A stretch of 64,000 nt of DNA from an uncultured Gemmatimonadota bacterium (GTDB taxonomy: Bacteria; Blakebacterota; Blakebacteria; Blakebacterales; CAYUVJ01): contig CAZFHZ010000004.1 of NCBI GenBank assembly GCA_964519015.1, positions 3,479 to 67,478 of the forward strand, in the 5' to 3' direction. Below the pieces are notes generated by a model that saw nothing but the letters and a program-made list of their open reading frames with translations, was not told the origin of the DNA and did no database searches. The position numbers and the translations under genes are program-made. Positions 55,899-64,000 of the stretch are shown here, in pieces. Within the stretch, counting starts at the first letter, position 1; each line of letters starts with the position of its first letter.

Positions 55899-58085
55899 TC
55901 ATCGGACAATCCGCAGCCGGGCGTATCTCGCCATCAGCTTGCGGGTTCCGGCTTCCTCGAAGGCGACCACCAGCCGGGTATGTTCCCCTTCTCCGGTGAC
56001 CGACAGGACCCGGCCCCGGCCCAGCGTCGGGTGTTCCACTGTCTGCCCCGTTCGCACTCCCGCCCCCGCATCCTGGTCCTCCCCTTCATAGTCGGGGAAG
56101 GGTTCGCTCTCGGTCCGGAGCCCTCCGGACCCGGTCCCGCCCGCCCGCCGCCCGGGACCGAGCTGGTCGACCACCCTGAGCATCCCGGGAGGGATCTCCC
56201 CCAGGAAACGGCTGGGGAGATTCTCCTCCAGACTCCCCCAGCGGCGCCGCACCCGCGCCCGGGTCAGGTAGAGTTCCTGTTGTGCCCGGGTCATTCCAAC
56301 GTAGCATAGCCGCCGCTCCTCCTCCAGCAACCCCCGATCCTCCTCCGCCCGCGCCAGGGGGAAGAGCCCTTCCTCCAGACCGGTGATGAAGACGACCGGG
56401 AACTCGAGCCCCTTGGCCGCGTGCAGCGTCATCAGGGTCACCGCCTCACCACTCCGCTCCCAGGTGTCCACGTCGGTGAGCAGACTGACCTCTTCCAGAA
56501 AACGCACCAGGTCGGCCTCCTCCCCCCACTCCGAGCTGAATTCCTCCATGCCGGCCAGCAGTTCCTCCAGGTTCTCCCGGCGGGTCTGTGCTTCGATCCC
56601 CCCCTCAACCCGCAACATCTCGAAATACCCGGCCTCCTCGAGCAGGTCGTGGGTGAGCCCGGAGATGTCGCGCTCCCCCACCCGGCCGCGGAAACGCCCG
56701 AGCAGGGCGGTAAAGGAACGGACCCCTTCCGCTCCGCGCCCCAGGCTGTCGGCGGCCGCCAGCAATCCGGCCTCCACCTCCCCCGTCCATTCCTCCAGGA
56801 AGGCGAACAGCCGGCCCAGGGTTACCTCACCCACCCCCCGCCGGGGGGCGCCGAGCGCCCGGGCCAGGCTGACCTCATCCCGCGGATTGACCAGGCAGCG
56901 CAGCCAGGCCAGGGCGTCCTTAATCTCGGCCCGCTCGTAGAAACGTATCCCGCCCACGATCGTGTAGGCGAGCCCGGCCTCCCGCAGCGCCCGTTCCAGG
57001 ACCCGCGACTGGGCGTTGGTCCGGTAGAGGAGCACGAAGTCGCCCGGCGAGCGACCTTCGCGACTCCGCTTGGCCAGGATGATGCGGGTGATGCCACGCG
57101 CTTCCTGCTCGTCGTCGATGAAGACGAGCTCGTGGACCTCCTCTCCATCCCCCCGTTCACTCCAGAGGGCCTTCGGAGGGCGCCCCGGGTTGTGGTTGAT
57201 GAGCGCGGAGGAGGCCGAGAGGATGTTCTGGGTGGAGCGGTAGTTCTGGTCGAGAACGACCACCCGGGCATCGGTCCAATCCCGTTCGAAACTGAGGATG
57301 TTCCGTATATCCGCACCGCGCCAGGCATAGATGCTCTGATCGGGATCCCCGACCACGCACAGACCCCGGTGACGGGAGGCCAGCAGCCGGACCAGTTCGT
57401 ACTGGGGCCGGTTGGTGTCCTGGTACTCATCCACCAGGACGTAGCGATAACGTTCGGCGTACCGTTCCCCGATGTCCGCATGCTCGGAGAGCAGCCGGAC
57501 CGCGTTGACCAGCAGGTCGTCGAAGTCCATGGCATTCAACGAATAGAGCTGCTGCTGGTAGCGGGCGTAGAGCCGGGCCACTTCCTCCTCCACCCACCCT
57601 TCCCCGAACCAGGCGGCATCGGTGGGAGGGACCAGTTCCGCCTTGGCCAGGGAGATGCGGGCGGCCACCAGGCCCGGGGTGAAGGTCTGCTCGGGCAGAC
57701 CGGAGTCGGCCAGGATCCGGCGCAGCAGGGTGCGCTGGTCGGCATCATCGTAGATGGAGAACCCCGGCTGGAAGCCGAGCCGCTCGGCGTGGCGCCGCAG
57801 CAGGCGGGCGCAGTATCGGTGGAAGGTGCCGGCGAAGAGTCCTTCGGCCTTCTTTCCGACGAGTCGCTGTACCCGCTCCAGCATTTCCCCGGCGGCCTTG
57901 TTGGTGAAGGTGACCGCCACGATCCGGTAGGGGAGCAGTCCGACTTCCTCGAGCAGGTAGGCGATCTTGGCGGTCAGTACCCGGGTCTTGCCGCTTCCGG
58001 CTCCCGCCAGCACCAGCAGGGGGGTCCCGAGGTGCTCCACGGCCGCCCGCTGGGCGGGGTTCAGGCTGATCCCGGCTGCCGGCAC
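55899..58085 (-). CDS. uvrD: ATP-dependent DNA helicase, UvrD/PcrA (superfamily 1A)
   Basis: …LNPAQRAAVEHLGTPLLVLAGAGSGKTRVLTAKIAYLL… motif I, …VLVDEYQDTN… motif II, …NYRST…, …MTLHAAKGLEF…; C-terminal Tudor-like tail. Confidence 0.9.
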   Translation of the reverse strand: MPAAGISLNPAQRAAVEHLGTPLLVLAGAGSGKTRVLTAKIAYLLEEVGLLPYRIVAVTFTNKAAGEMLERVQRLVGKKAEGLFAGTFHRYCARLLRRHAERLGFQPGFSIYDDADQRTLLRRILADSGLPEQTFTPGLVAARISLAKAELVPPTDAAWFGEGWVEEEVARLYARYQQQLYSLNAMDFDDLLVNAVRLLSEHADIGERYAERYRYVLVDEYQDTNRPQYELVRLLASRHRGLCVVGDPDQSIYAWRGADIRNILSFERDWTDARVVVLDQNYRSTQNILSASSALINHNPGRPPKALWSERGDGEEVHELVFIDDEQEARGITRIILAKRSREGRSPGDFVLLYRTNAQSRVLERALREAGLAYTIVGGIRFYERAEIKDALAWLRCLVNPRDEVSLARALGAPRRGVGEVTLGRLFAFLEEWTGEVEAGLLAAADSLGRGAEGVRSFTALLGRFRGRVGERDISGLTHDLLEEAGYFEMLRVEGGIEAQTRRENLEELLAGMEEFSSEWGEEADLVRFLEEVSLLTDVDTWERSGEAVTLMTLHAAKGLEFPVVFITGLEEGLFPLARAEEDRGLLEEERRLCYVGMTRAQQELYLTRARVRRRWGSLEENLPSRFLGEIPPGMLRVVDQLGPGRRAGGTGSGGLRTESEPFPDYEGEDQDAGAGVRTGQTVEHPTLGRGRVLSVTGEGEHTRLVVAFEEAGTRKLMARYARLRIVR

Positions 58086-58095
58086 GATGATCCCT

Positions 58096-58135
58096 TCGGG
58101 CCAAGAAAAACCGGGCGGCGGTCTTTCTCCGTTCG
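58096..58135 (-). terminator. Putative terminator after the LysM gene
   Basis: Minus strand CCGGGCG-(16-nt loop)-CGCCCGG followed by TTTTTCTT; loop is long so confidence is modest. Confidence 0.35.
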
Positions 58136-58200
58136 CCCGGCGACCGGTGGAAAGTAGTTTCGGGGCGTCCCGCTGTCAATGCGGCCCGCTCCGCTCCGGC

Positions 58201-59472
58201 TCAGGGAGTGGGCGGGACGGCCTCCACCGCTTCCCCGAAGACCGACCGGCCGATCAACTGCACCTTCTCCCCCAGACCGATGCTCGGGTCCTTCAGACTG
58301 AGCAGCATCAGGGTAGCGGTCTTGGGCTGGACCGCGATCACGACGGCCCGGGCGAGTTCATCCGCGAAGAAGCGGAGTCGTCCCCGCTCCTGCTCCGGGC
58401 GACGGATGACGTAGAGGTCGCCCACCCGGACGTTGTCGTCGGTCCCCCCGTCGATGAAGACCATGTCGTAGGGATAGAGGTTCCCTTCCGGTTTGGCCTT
58501 GGCCACCACGAAGCCTTCGCGGCCCCCCTGCACGGGCACGAACGACTTCCAGGGCCGGCTGTCCACGGGGAAGGCGGGGATGACACGGTCCTTCACCCGC
58601 ACCGCCGCATAAACCGCAGTGACGGTGGCCTGGCTGGTCCGGCCTTCCACATCCTCGATCCGGACGACCCCTTTGACCTTGATCTGGCGGCCCAGCTGGT
58701 GGCCCCATTCGGGGTGCCGCACCCGGCTGCCCGCTTCCACGATCAGGTAGAGGTCACCCGGGGCGGCCTGGTCGTCCCCTACGTCCAGGAAGATCTGGTC
58801 GTACAGGGAGAGGTTCAGCTGCCGCTTGGGCGCGTCGATGATGCGTCCGGGCGGCCACACTCCCGGATCACCGATGTACCCGGCGGCCAGCACCGCGCCG
58901 GCCGAAGCGAGCGGGTAGAGCCGGTTGGTCCCGGCTCCCAGTCCGATGACCCGCACCAGGGAAGATTCCGGGGCGGCCGTGGCCGTGGCCACGGCCAGGG
59001 GGGGTGGATTTCCACCTGCCGCCGGCGGGGTCTCAGCAGCCGGGGCCGGGAGCGGGACCTGCTGGGCCTGGCGGACGGTCTCGGTGGTCTCGGTCTGCGG
59101 ACCGGGCCAGACCTCCTCGAAGGAGAGCACCACCGGCGGGCCGCCCCCGCCGGGGAGCAGGAGCTTCTGCCCGGGGTAGATCCAGTGGGGGTCGGGTACC
59201 GCCTGCTGGTTGAGGCGCCAGATCGCCGGCCACACCCAGGGGTTGTTCAGGAAGCGGGCGGAGAGGTCCCAGAGGGTATCCCCCCGGTCGACCACATGGA
59301 TCGTGCCATGGGTGGTATCGGGGGTCGCCTGGGCCCCCGGCTGCTGGGCCCCGCCGGCGGAGCCGGCCAGGAGCGCGGCCGCCAGCAGGACCGCCCCGGC
59401 ACCCTGCGGATACCGGGCGGGCAGCCGTCGCTCCAACCAGACAGAGGTGGGGATATCCGTCACGGCCATCAC
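58201..59472 (-). CDS. LysM peptidoglycan-binding domain protein, secreted
   Basis: Internal ATG 59472: MAVTDIP…AVLLAAALLAGSAGGAQQ signal; LysM HVVDRGDTLWDLSARFLNNPWVWPAIWRLNQQAVPDPHWIYPGQKLLLP; Pro/Ala-rich linker; large C-terminal beta-rich domain. Confidence 0.65.
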   Translation of the reverse strand: MMAVTDIPTSVWLERRLPARYPQGAGAVLLAAALLAGSAGGAQQPGAQATPDTTHGTIHVVDRGDTLWDLSARFLNNPWVWPAIWRLNQQAVPDPHWIYPGQKLLLPGGGGPPVVLSFEEVWPGPQTETTETVRQAQQVPLPAPAAETPPAAGGNPPPLAVATATAAPESSLVRVIGLGAGTNRLYPLASAGAVLAAGYIGDPGVWPPGRIIDAPKRQLNLSLYDQIFLDVGDDQAAPGDLYLIVEAGSRVRHPEWGHQLGRQIKVKGVVRIEDVEGRTSQATVTAVYAAVRVKDRVIPAFPVDSRPWKSFVPVQGGREGFVVAKAKPEGNLYPYDMVFIDGGTDDNVRVGDLYVIRRPEQERGRLRFFADELARAVVIAVQPKTATLMLLSLKDPSIGLGEKVQLIGRSVFGEAVEAVPPTP

Positions 59473-59606
59473 CTCGTTCGGCCCCGCGGCGGGGGCCGCG
59501 CTACGTGTGTCGCGGCTCGGCTGGGTGCAGATAGATTCACCTACGTCCAGAAACAATTAGTATATCCGAAACAGGATGAACCCGGCAACGGTCATCGCGA
59601 TCGGGA

Positions 59607-60998
59607 TCAGTGCCCCGCCCCGCCGGAATCGAGTTCCTCCAGGGCCACCGAGGGGAATTTCTCCAGGCTGGCCGTGAAGGCCGCCCGGACCCGGGCCAGG
59701 GCCTCCTCGTTCTGGCCTTCGAAGCGGAGCACGAGGACCGGCTGGGTGTTGCTGGCCCGCAGCAGACCCCACCCGTCCGGGAAGATGACCCGTGCCCCGT
59801 CCAGGTCGATCACACGCACATCATCACGCGCCTTGAACAGCCGGGTGACCTCCTCCACGACGTGGAACTTCTCCTCGTCGGGGCAGCCGATCCGCAGTTC
59901 GGGCGTGGAGACGTAGGCGGGGATGGTATCCACGAGTTCGGCCAGCGGACGCTCCCACCGGTCGAGGATGCCCAGCAGCCGGGCACCGGCGTAGATGGCG
60001 TCGTCGAAACCGAACCACCCTTCGGTGAAGAACATGTGCCCGCTCATCTCCCCCGCGATGGGGGCCCCGGTACGCTTCATCTCCGACTTGATCAGGGAAT
60101 GCCCGGTCTTCCACATGCGGGGGATGCCGCCATGGGCCTCGATGTCCTCGACCAGGCCCTGGCTGCACTTCACATCGAAGATGATCTCGGCCGGCCCGAT
60201 CCGCTCGAAGACGTCACGGGCGAGCAGGGCGAGGAGCTGGTCACCGAAGACCATCCGGCCACCGCTGTCGATCAGGCCGATCCGGTCCCCGTCCCCGTCC
60301 AGACCGATACCCAGGTCGGCCCGATTGGCCACCACCCGCCGGGTCAGGTCGGCCATGAAGGCCGGTACCGTGGGATCGGCCAGATGGTTGGGGAAGGCCC
60401 CGTCGGGGTCGCAGTAGAGGGGATCGACCTCGCACCCGATCCCTTCGAAGACGCGGAGGGCGACCGGACCGGCCGTGCCGTTCCCCGCATCCACCACGAT
60501 GCGGGGGCGACCGCGGAGCCGGACCCGGGAGGTGATGGCCGCCACATACTCATCCAGGATAGGGACCAGGCGCACACTCCCGGCGCCCGAGTCCCAGTCC
60601 CGCGTCTCGATCATCCGGCGGATCTCCTGGATGCGCTCCCCGTACACCGCCCCGTCCTGCAGCGTCATCTTGAAGCCGTTATACTCGGGGGGGTTGTGGG
60701 ACCCGGTGACCTGCAGGGAACCCCCCGCCTCGAGCCGCACCGCCGCGAAGTAGACCCCGGGAGTGACCATGAATCCGAGGTCGAGCACCTCCAGGCCGCA
60801 CGCCTTCAGCCCTTCGGCCACCCGGGCGTGCAGGCGGGGGCTGGAGAGCCGCACATCGTGACCCAGGACCACCCGGTTCGAACCGGAGCGACGCACCAGC
60901 GTACCGAAGGCGCGCCCGATATGTTCGGCCACCTCGTCGGTGAGATCATGGTCGGCGATGCCCCGGATGTCGTACTCACGGAAGATGAGAGGATTCAT
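59607..60998 (-). CDS. Phosphoglucomutase/phosphomannomutase (alpha-D-phosphohexomutase)
   Basis: …SLQVTGSHNPPEYNGFK… active-site Ser loop; …GIGLDGDGDRIGLID… metal-binding loop; …GEMSGHMFF… sugar-binding loop. Confidence 0.9.
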   Translation of the reverse strand: MNPLIFREYDIRGIADHDLTDEVAEHIGRAFGTLVRRSGSNRVVLGHDVRLSSPRLHARVAEGLKACGLEVLDLGFMVTPGVYFAAVRLEAGGSLQVTGSHNPPEYNGFKMTLQDGAVYGERIQEIRRMIETRDWDSGAGSVRLVPILDEYVAAITSRVRLRGRPRIVVDAGNGTAGPVALRVFEGIGCEVDPLYCDPDGAFPNHLADPTVPAFMADLTRRVVANRADLGIGLDGDGDRIGLIDSGGRMVFGDQLLALLARDVFERIGPAEIIFDVKCSQGLVEDIEAHGGIPRMWKTGHSLIKSEMKRTGAPIAGEMSGHMFFTEGWFGFDDAIYAGARLLGILDRWERPLAELVDTIPAYVSTPELRIGCPDEEKFHVVEEVTRLFKARDDVRVIDLDGARVIFPDGWGLLRASNTQPVLVLRFEGQNEEALARVRAAFTASLEKFPSVALEELDSGGAGH

Positions 60999-61035
60999 GA
61001 CGGTCCTCGTCCGGTCACAGTGCCGGCAGGCGGGT

Positions 61036-63438
61036 TCAGAGGGATTTCAGGATGACCATCGTCAGATCATCCGCCTGGGGTCGATCCCCGGCAAAGGCGA
61101 GCACCTCCCGGTAGATCTCGTCCCGGATCTCCCGGGCTCCCAGGTAGCAACGTTCGCGCAGGACCTGTTGCAGGCGATCCTCACCGAATTCCTCGTCGTT
61201 CCGGTCGAGGGCTTCGGTGACCCCGTCGGTGTACATGGTCAGCACATCCCCCGGCTCGAGGGTCAGCCGTCCCTCCTGGTAGACGGCTCCCTCCATGACA
61301 CCGACCAGCAGTCCCCCTTCCTCCAGCAGGAACTGTTCGCCGGTGGCGCGGGTCAATACCGGGAAATTGTGTCCGGCGTTCACGTAGCGGAGGGTGTGGT
61401 CGGTGCTGTCGAGTTCGGCCATGAAGAGGGTGACGAATTTCTCCACATCGGTCGTCCGGCACATCACGTTGTTCACTTTCTCGGCCATGGCTGAGAGGTT
61501 CGGCTGGACCTCGTAAACCGCCCGCAGCGTGGCCTGGAGACTCGCCATGAGCAGGGCTGCCGGGGGGCCCTTGCCCGAGACGTCGCCGATCACGAGCAGC
61601 ACGCGCTCCGTGGACCGGTTCTCATCGGGCGGGGAGACGATGAAGTCGTAGTAGTCGCCGCCGATCTCCCGGCTCGGCAGGTTGATGGCGCTCACCTCGA
61701 ACGTCTTCCCTCGAGGGAAGTGGTGCGGCAGCAGGGTCTGCTGGATCTCGCGGGCGACCGCGAGCTCTTCCCGCATGCGTTCCTGCTCGATCCGGCCCTG
61801 ATGCAGCCAGGAATTCTCCACCGCCACCGCCACCTGGCTGCCCAGCACCGAGAGGAGGGTGATCTCCTCGGCGTTGAACCCGGTGTCGGCCAGCTTGCGG
61901 CCCAGGGAGACCATCCCGACCAGCTCGTTGCGCTGTTTCAGCGGGACGATCAGGTCGGCCTGAAGACCGAAGAGGGGGGAACCCGGATCGCGGAGCGCAT
62001 CGGGGAGTTCCTGGAGCAGCTGCTGGTACCGCAGGGGACCGTTGGCGCGCAGCAGCGCCTCCGCCACCACATCGCCGGACCGGAAGACCACCGTGCCCGG
62101 ACGAGAGCGGGAGCGGCGGAAGGTGTCCACCACCCCCTCCCCGGCACCCGCTTCGTACCGCTCGTCCTCGCGGAAGGCGAGGGGCGGTTTGAGTTCCCAT
62201 TCCCCCTGCCGCAGGGGAGGCGGTCCCCGGCTCACATACCGGAAGGCCCCGGTCTGCTGGTCGAGCAGGACCACCGCCGCGGCATCCACGAGGAAGGCGC
62301 GCTCGAGGGTCTGGTAGACCGCCCGGACCAGCGAATCCGGGTCGAGGATCCCGATGATGTTGTGCACGCTCTGCTGGAGGATGTTGCGGTAATCGGTGCG
62401 GTCGCGGATGAAGAAACGGTCGACCAGGTTCTCCAGCAGCGACTGGAGCGGCTGGAATCCCATCACGGCGATGGCGACGAACAGGATGGTGATGAAGCTG
62501 GTGTCCACTTCCGTCGACTGCGAGAGGAGCCGGTAGAGGTCGAGGAACCAGGAATAGAGCAGGAAGAAGATGCTGACCACGACCCCGGTGGCCGCCGAGT
62601 AGATCAGACTCCGTTTCGCGATGACCTGCACGTCCAGGAACTGGTGGCGGATGATGACCCAGGCGATCGATCCGCAACCGACCACCAGGGCCAGGGCCAT
62701 GGCCACTGCACTCAGCCAGGCGGGGGGCTCGAGGACCGGGAGGATCACCGGTACGACCTGGATGAGCAGGTAGATACCGATGCTGCTGCCCAGCCCGACG
62801 ATCACCAGCGTGGTCTGGGCGACCAGCCGCTGGTTCTCCAGCGTCTTGCGGGTCCGCCAGAGGAAAGAGCCGGCGAAGATCACATAGATGACGTTGACCA
62901 CTGCCCAGAGCTGGAGGTGGGTCTGGTAGACGAGCTGGACGAAGTATCCGGCGAGGTCCACCGCCATGCTGAGCACCCTGAGGAAAGGCACCAGGATCCC
63001 GCTCCCCCCCTGCAGATCGATCGAGGGGAGCAGCTCCGGGTCGAGGAAGATCAGCACCAGCAGCAGGTGGAAGAGGTAGGGGAGGTAGAGCAGCCAGACA
63101 ATCCGGGGGTGCCGCCTTATCGACTCAGACTCACGCGGGAAGACCAGCGAAAAGTAGACCAGGGTCGGGAAGAAGAACTCCCAGAGCACCGCGAGCTGAC
63201 GCAGACCCGCGAACGGGACGGGTCCTTCGGGCACATCGACCGTATCGACCGCGAGCGTGGTGGGAAGGGAAGCGCCCAGGGCGCCCATCAGGGACCCGAG
63301 GCCGCCGAAGAAGAGCATCGCGGCCGTGACCCGGTTGAGGCGTCTCCCGGGATTCTCCTGGAAGATCACCATCCCCAGGAGCATGAGGAGGAGACCGCCT
63401 GCCAGGAAGATCCCGACCTGCAGGCCCTGAGCGGGCAT
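61036..63438 (-). CDS. Membrane-bound (7-8 TM) GAF-PP2C (SpoIIE/RsbU-type) serine phosphatase
   Basis: N-terminal 330 aa polytopic membrane domain; GAF …LVGMVSLGRKLADTGFNAEEITLLSVLGSQVAVAVENSWL…; PP2C …SREIGGDYYDFIV…LLVIGDVSGKGPPAALLMAS…MYTDGVTEA…. Confidence 0.85.
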   Translation of the reverse strand: MPAQGLQVGIFLAGGLLLMLLGMVIFQENPGRRLNRVTAAMLFFGGLGSLMGALGASLPTTLAVDTVDVPEGPVPFAGLRQLAVLWEFFFPTLVYFSLVFPRESESIRRHPRIVWLLYLPYLFHLLLVLIFLDPELLPSIDLQGGSGILVPFLRVLSMAVDLAGYFVQLVYQTHLQLWAVVNVIYVIFAGSFLWRTRKTLENQRLVAQTTLVIVGLGSSIGIYLLIQVVPVILPVLEPPAWLSAVAMALALVVGCGSIAWVIIRHQFLDVQVIAKRSLIYSAATGVVVSIFFLLYSWFLDLYRLLSQSTEVDTSFITILFVAIAVMGFQPLQSLLENLVDRFFIRDRTDYRNILQQSVHNIIGILDPDSLVRAVYQTLERAFLVDAAAVVLLDQQTGAFRYVSRGPPPLRQGEWELKPPLAFREDERYEAGAGEGVVDTFRRSRSRPGTVVFRSGDVVAEALLRANGPLRYQQLLQELPDALRDPGSPLFGLQADLIVPLKQRNELVGMVSLGRKLADTGFNAEEITLLSVLGSQVAVAVENSWLHQGRIEQERMREELAVAREIQQTLLPHHFPRGKTFEVSAINLPSREIGGDYYDFIVSPPDENRSTERVLLVIGDVSGKGPPAALLMASLQATLRAVYEVQPNLSAMAEKVNNVMCRTTDVEKFVTLFMAELDSTDHTLRYVNAGHNFPVLTRATGEQFLLEEGGLLVGVMEGAVYQEGRLTLEPGDVLTMYTDGVTEALDRNDEEFGEDRLQQVLRERCYLGAREIRDEIYREVLAFAGDRPQADDLTMVILKSL

Positions 63439-63444
63439 CTTCCC

Positions 63445-63852
63445 CTACCGTCGCTTCACCATGATCACCTCCGTGCCACGAGGTGTGGTCTTCACTTGGA
63501 CCGAGTCCATGAGGGACTCGAGGATGAGCAACCCCCGTCCGTTCGGCTTGATGATATTCTCAGGGGTGAGGGGATCGGCGACCAAGTCCGGGTCGAATCC
63601 ACTTCCCTGGTCGCGCACGATGATGCGTACCTGGGATGCGCTGAGCTCGAAACGGACCGTCACCAACTTGTCGGGGCGCTGGTGATTGCCGTGGAGGACG
63701 GCGTTGTTCACCGCCTCGGTGACGGCGATGGCGATGTCCATGCACTCGTTCTCACCCAGGTCGAGCCGGCGGGTGATGCGCCCGGCCAGGCGCTCCGCCC
63801 GGACAACCGCCGTGAGACGGCTGCGGAACTGCTTCTCGATAACTGACTTCAA
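63445..63852 (-). CDS. Anti-sigma regulatory factor, RsbW/SpoIIAB-type serine kinase (HATPase_c)
   Basis: …IAVTEAVNNAVLHGNHQRPDKLVTVRF…VRDQGSGFDP…GRGLLILESLMD… ; TTG start overlapping upstream stop (TTGA). Confidence 0.75.
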   Translation of the reverse strand: MKSVIEKQFRSRLTAVVRAERLAGRITRRLDLGENECMDIAIAVTEAVNNAVLHGNHQRPDKLVTVRFELSASQVRIIVRDQGSGFDPDLVADPLTPENIIKPNGRGLLILESLMDSVQVKTTPRGTEVIMVKRR

Positions 63853-64000
63853 GAGCGGTAGCTGGAGACGGCCGTATCGATGTCGCCGTAGATATCGAAG
63901 ACTCGGTCGAGTTTCGTGATCCTGAGGACCTCCTCGATCTTCTCGGTGACGCTGGCCAGCCTGAGGTCCCCCCCGCTCTTACGCAGGGCGGAAAGCCCCC
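63849..64000 (-). CDS. Anti-sigma-factor antagonist (STAS domain), C-terminal part only (5' end beyond window)
   Basis: Minus-strand translation …LRKSGGDLRLASVTEKIEEVLRITKLDRVFDIYGDIDTAVSSYRS* matches the C-terminus of RsbV/SpoIIAA-like proteins. Confidence 0.65.
   Translation of the reverse strand, partial: GLSALRKSGGDLRLASVTEKIEEVLRITKLDRVFDIYGDIDTAVSSYRS

Overview
This 64 kb window is very GC-rich (roughly two-thirds G+C) and looks like the chromosome of a Gram-negative bacterium. The gene content (LPS/KDO genes, TolC, Lpt, MlaD, many lipoproteins, HprK-type regulatory PTS) is reminiscent of Gemmatimonadota or the FCB group, but that placement is only a guess. I call about 63 protein-coding genes, one tRNA (Asn-GTT), several intrinsic terminators and a few promoter or operator-like sites. 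High GC produces many long spurious antisense ORFs in the six-frame track; these were rejected, and several real genes were trimmed to internal starts. The ORF track shows any of ATG, GTG or TTG as 'M'.

The window falls into four parts:

- **1-27 kb, mixed functions.** This part holds a GAF-GGDEF cyclase, a TIGR04283-type glycosyltransferase, a DmpA peptidase, an asparaginase and a TolC-type outer-membrane protein. It also holds HtpX/LemA, dodecin with an HD-domain gene, a PhoB/PhoR-like two-component pair, a GH2 glycosidase, DUF134 with a NifX-like gene, and two APC permeases, one with C-terminal PTS-EIIA(Ntr)-like and TrkA_C domains. Three items here stand out. An ECF sigma, a zinc-finger anti-sigma and a secreted TPR/HEAT tandem-repeat protein form one operon. 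The PhoB/PhoR-like pair carries four phased pho-box-like repeats upstream. There is a degraded amidohydrolase pseudogene.
- **27.3-34.4 kb, probable accessory segment.** A secreted SAM O-methyltransferase converges on an operon of five paralogous NHL-type beta-propeller lipoproteins. A 45-bp duplicate of the O-methyltransferase 3' end sits inside that array, and the operon ends next to tRNA-Asn. This is the most likely home of an uncharacterised system.
- **34.5-58 kb, a ~24 kb housekeeping run entirely on the minus strand.** In transcription order it reads uvrD, kdsB, pyrG, kdsA, kdsC, kdsD, lpxL-like, lptC-like, lptA-like, lptB, tenA, rpoN, hpf, hprK, EIIA-Man, EIIB-Man, mlaD, a NagK-like ATPase, ssb, ptsN, a C-N hydrolase, nadE, rsmI, tmk and ctp. 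Many neighbours have overlapping stop and start codons. It contains a transporter-less regulatory PTS and a split glutamine-dependent NAD synthetase.
- **58-64 kb.** A LysM protein and a phosphohexomutase are followed by a partner-switching module: a membrane 7TM-GAF-PP2C phosphatase, an RsbW-like kinase and a partial STAS antagonist.

No CRISPR array, transposase or integrase was detected.
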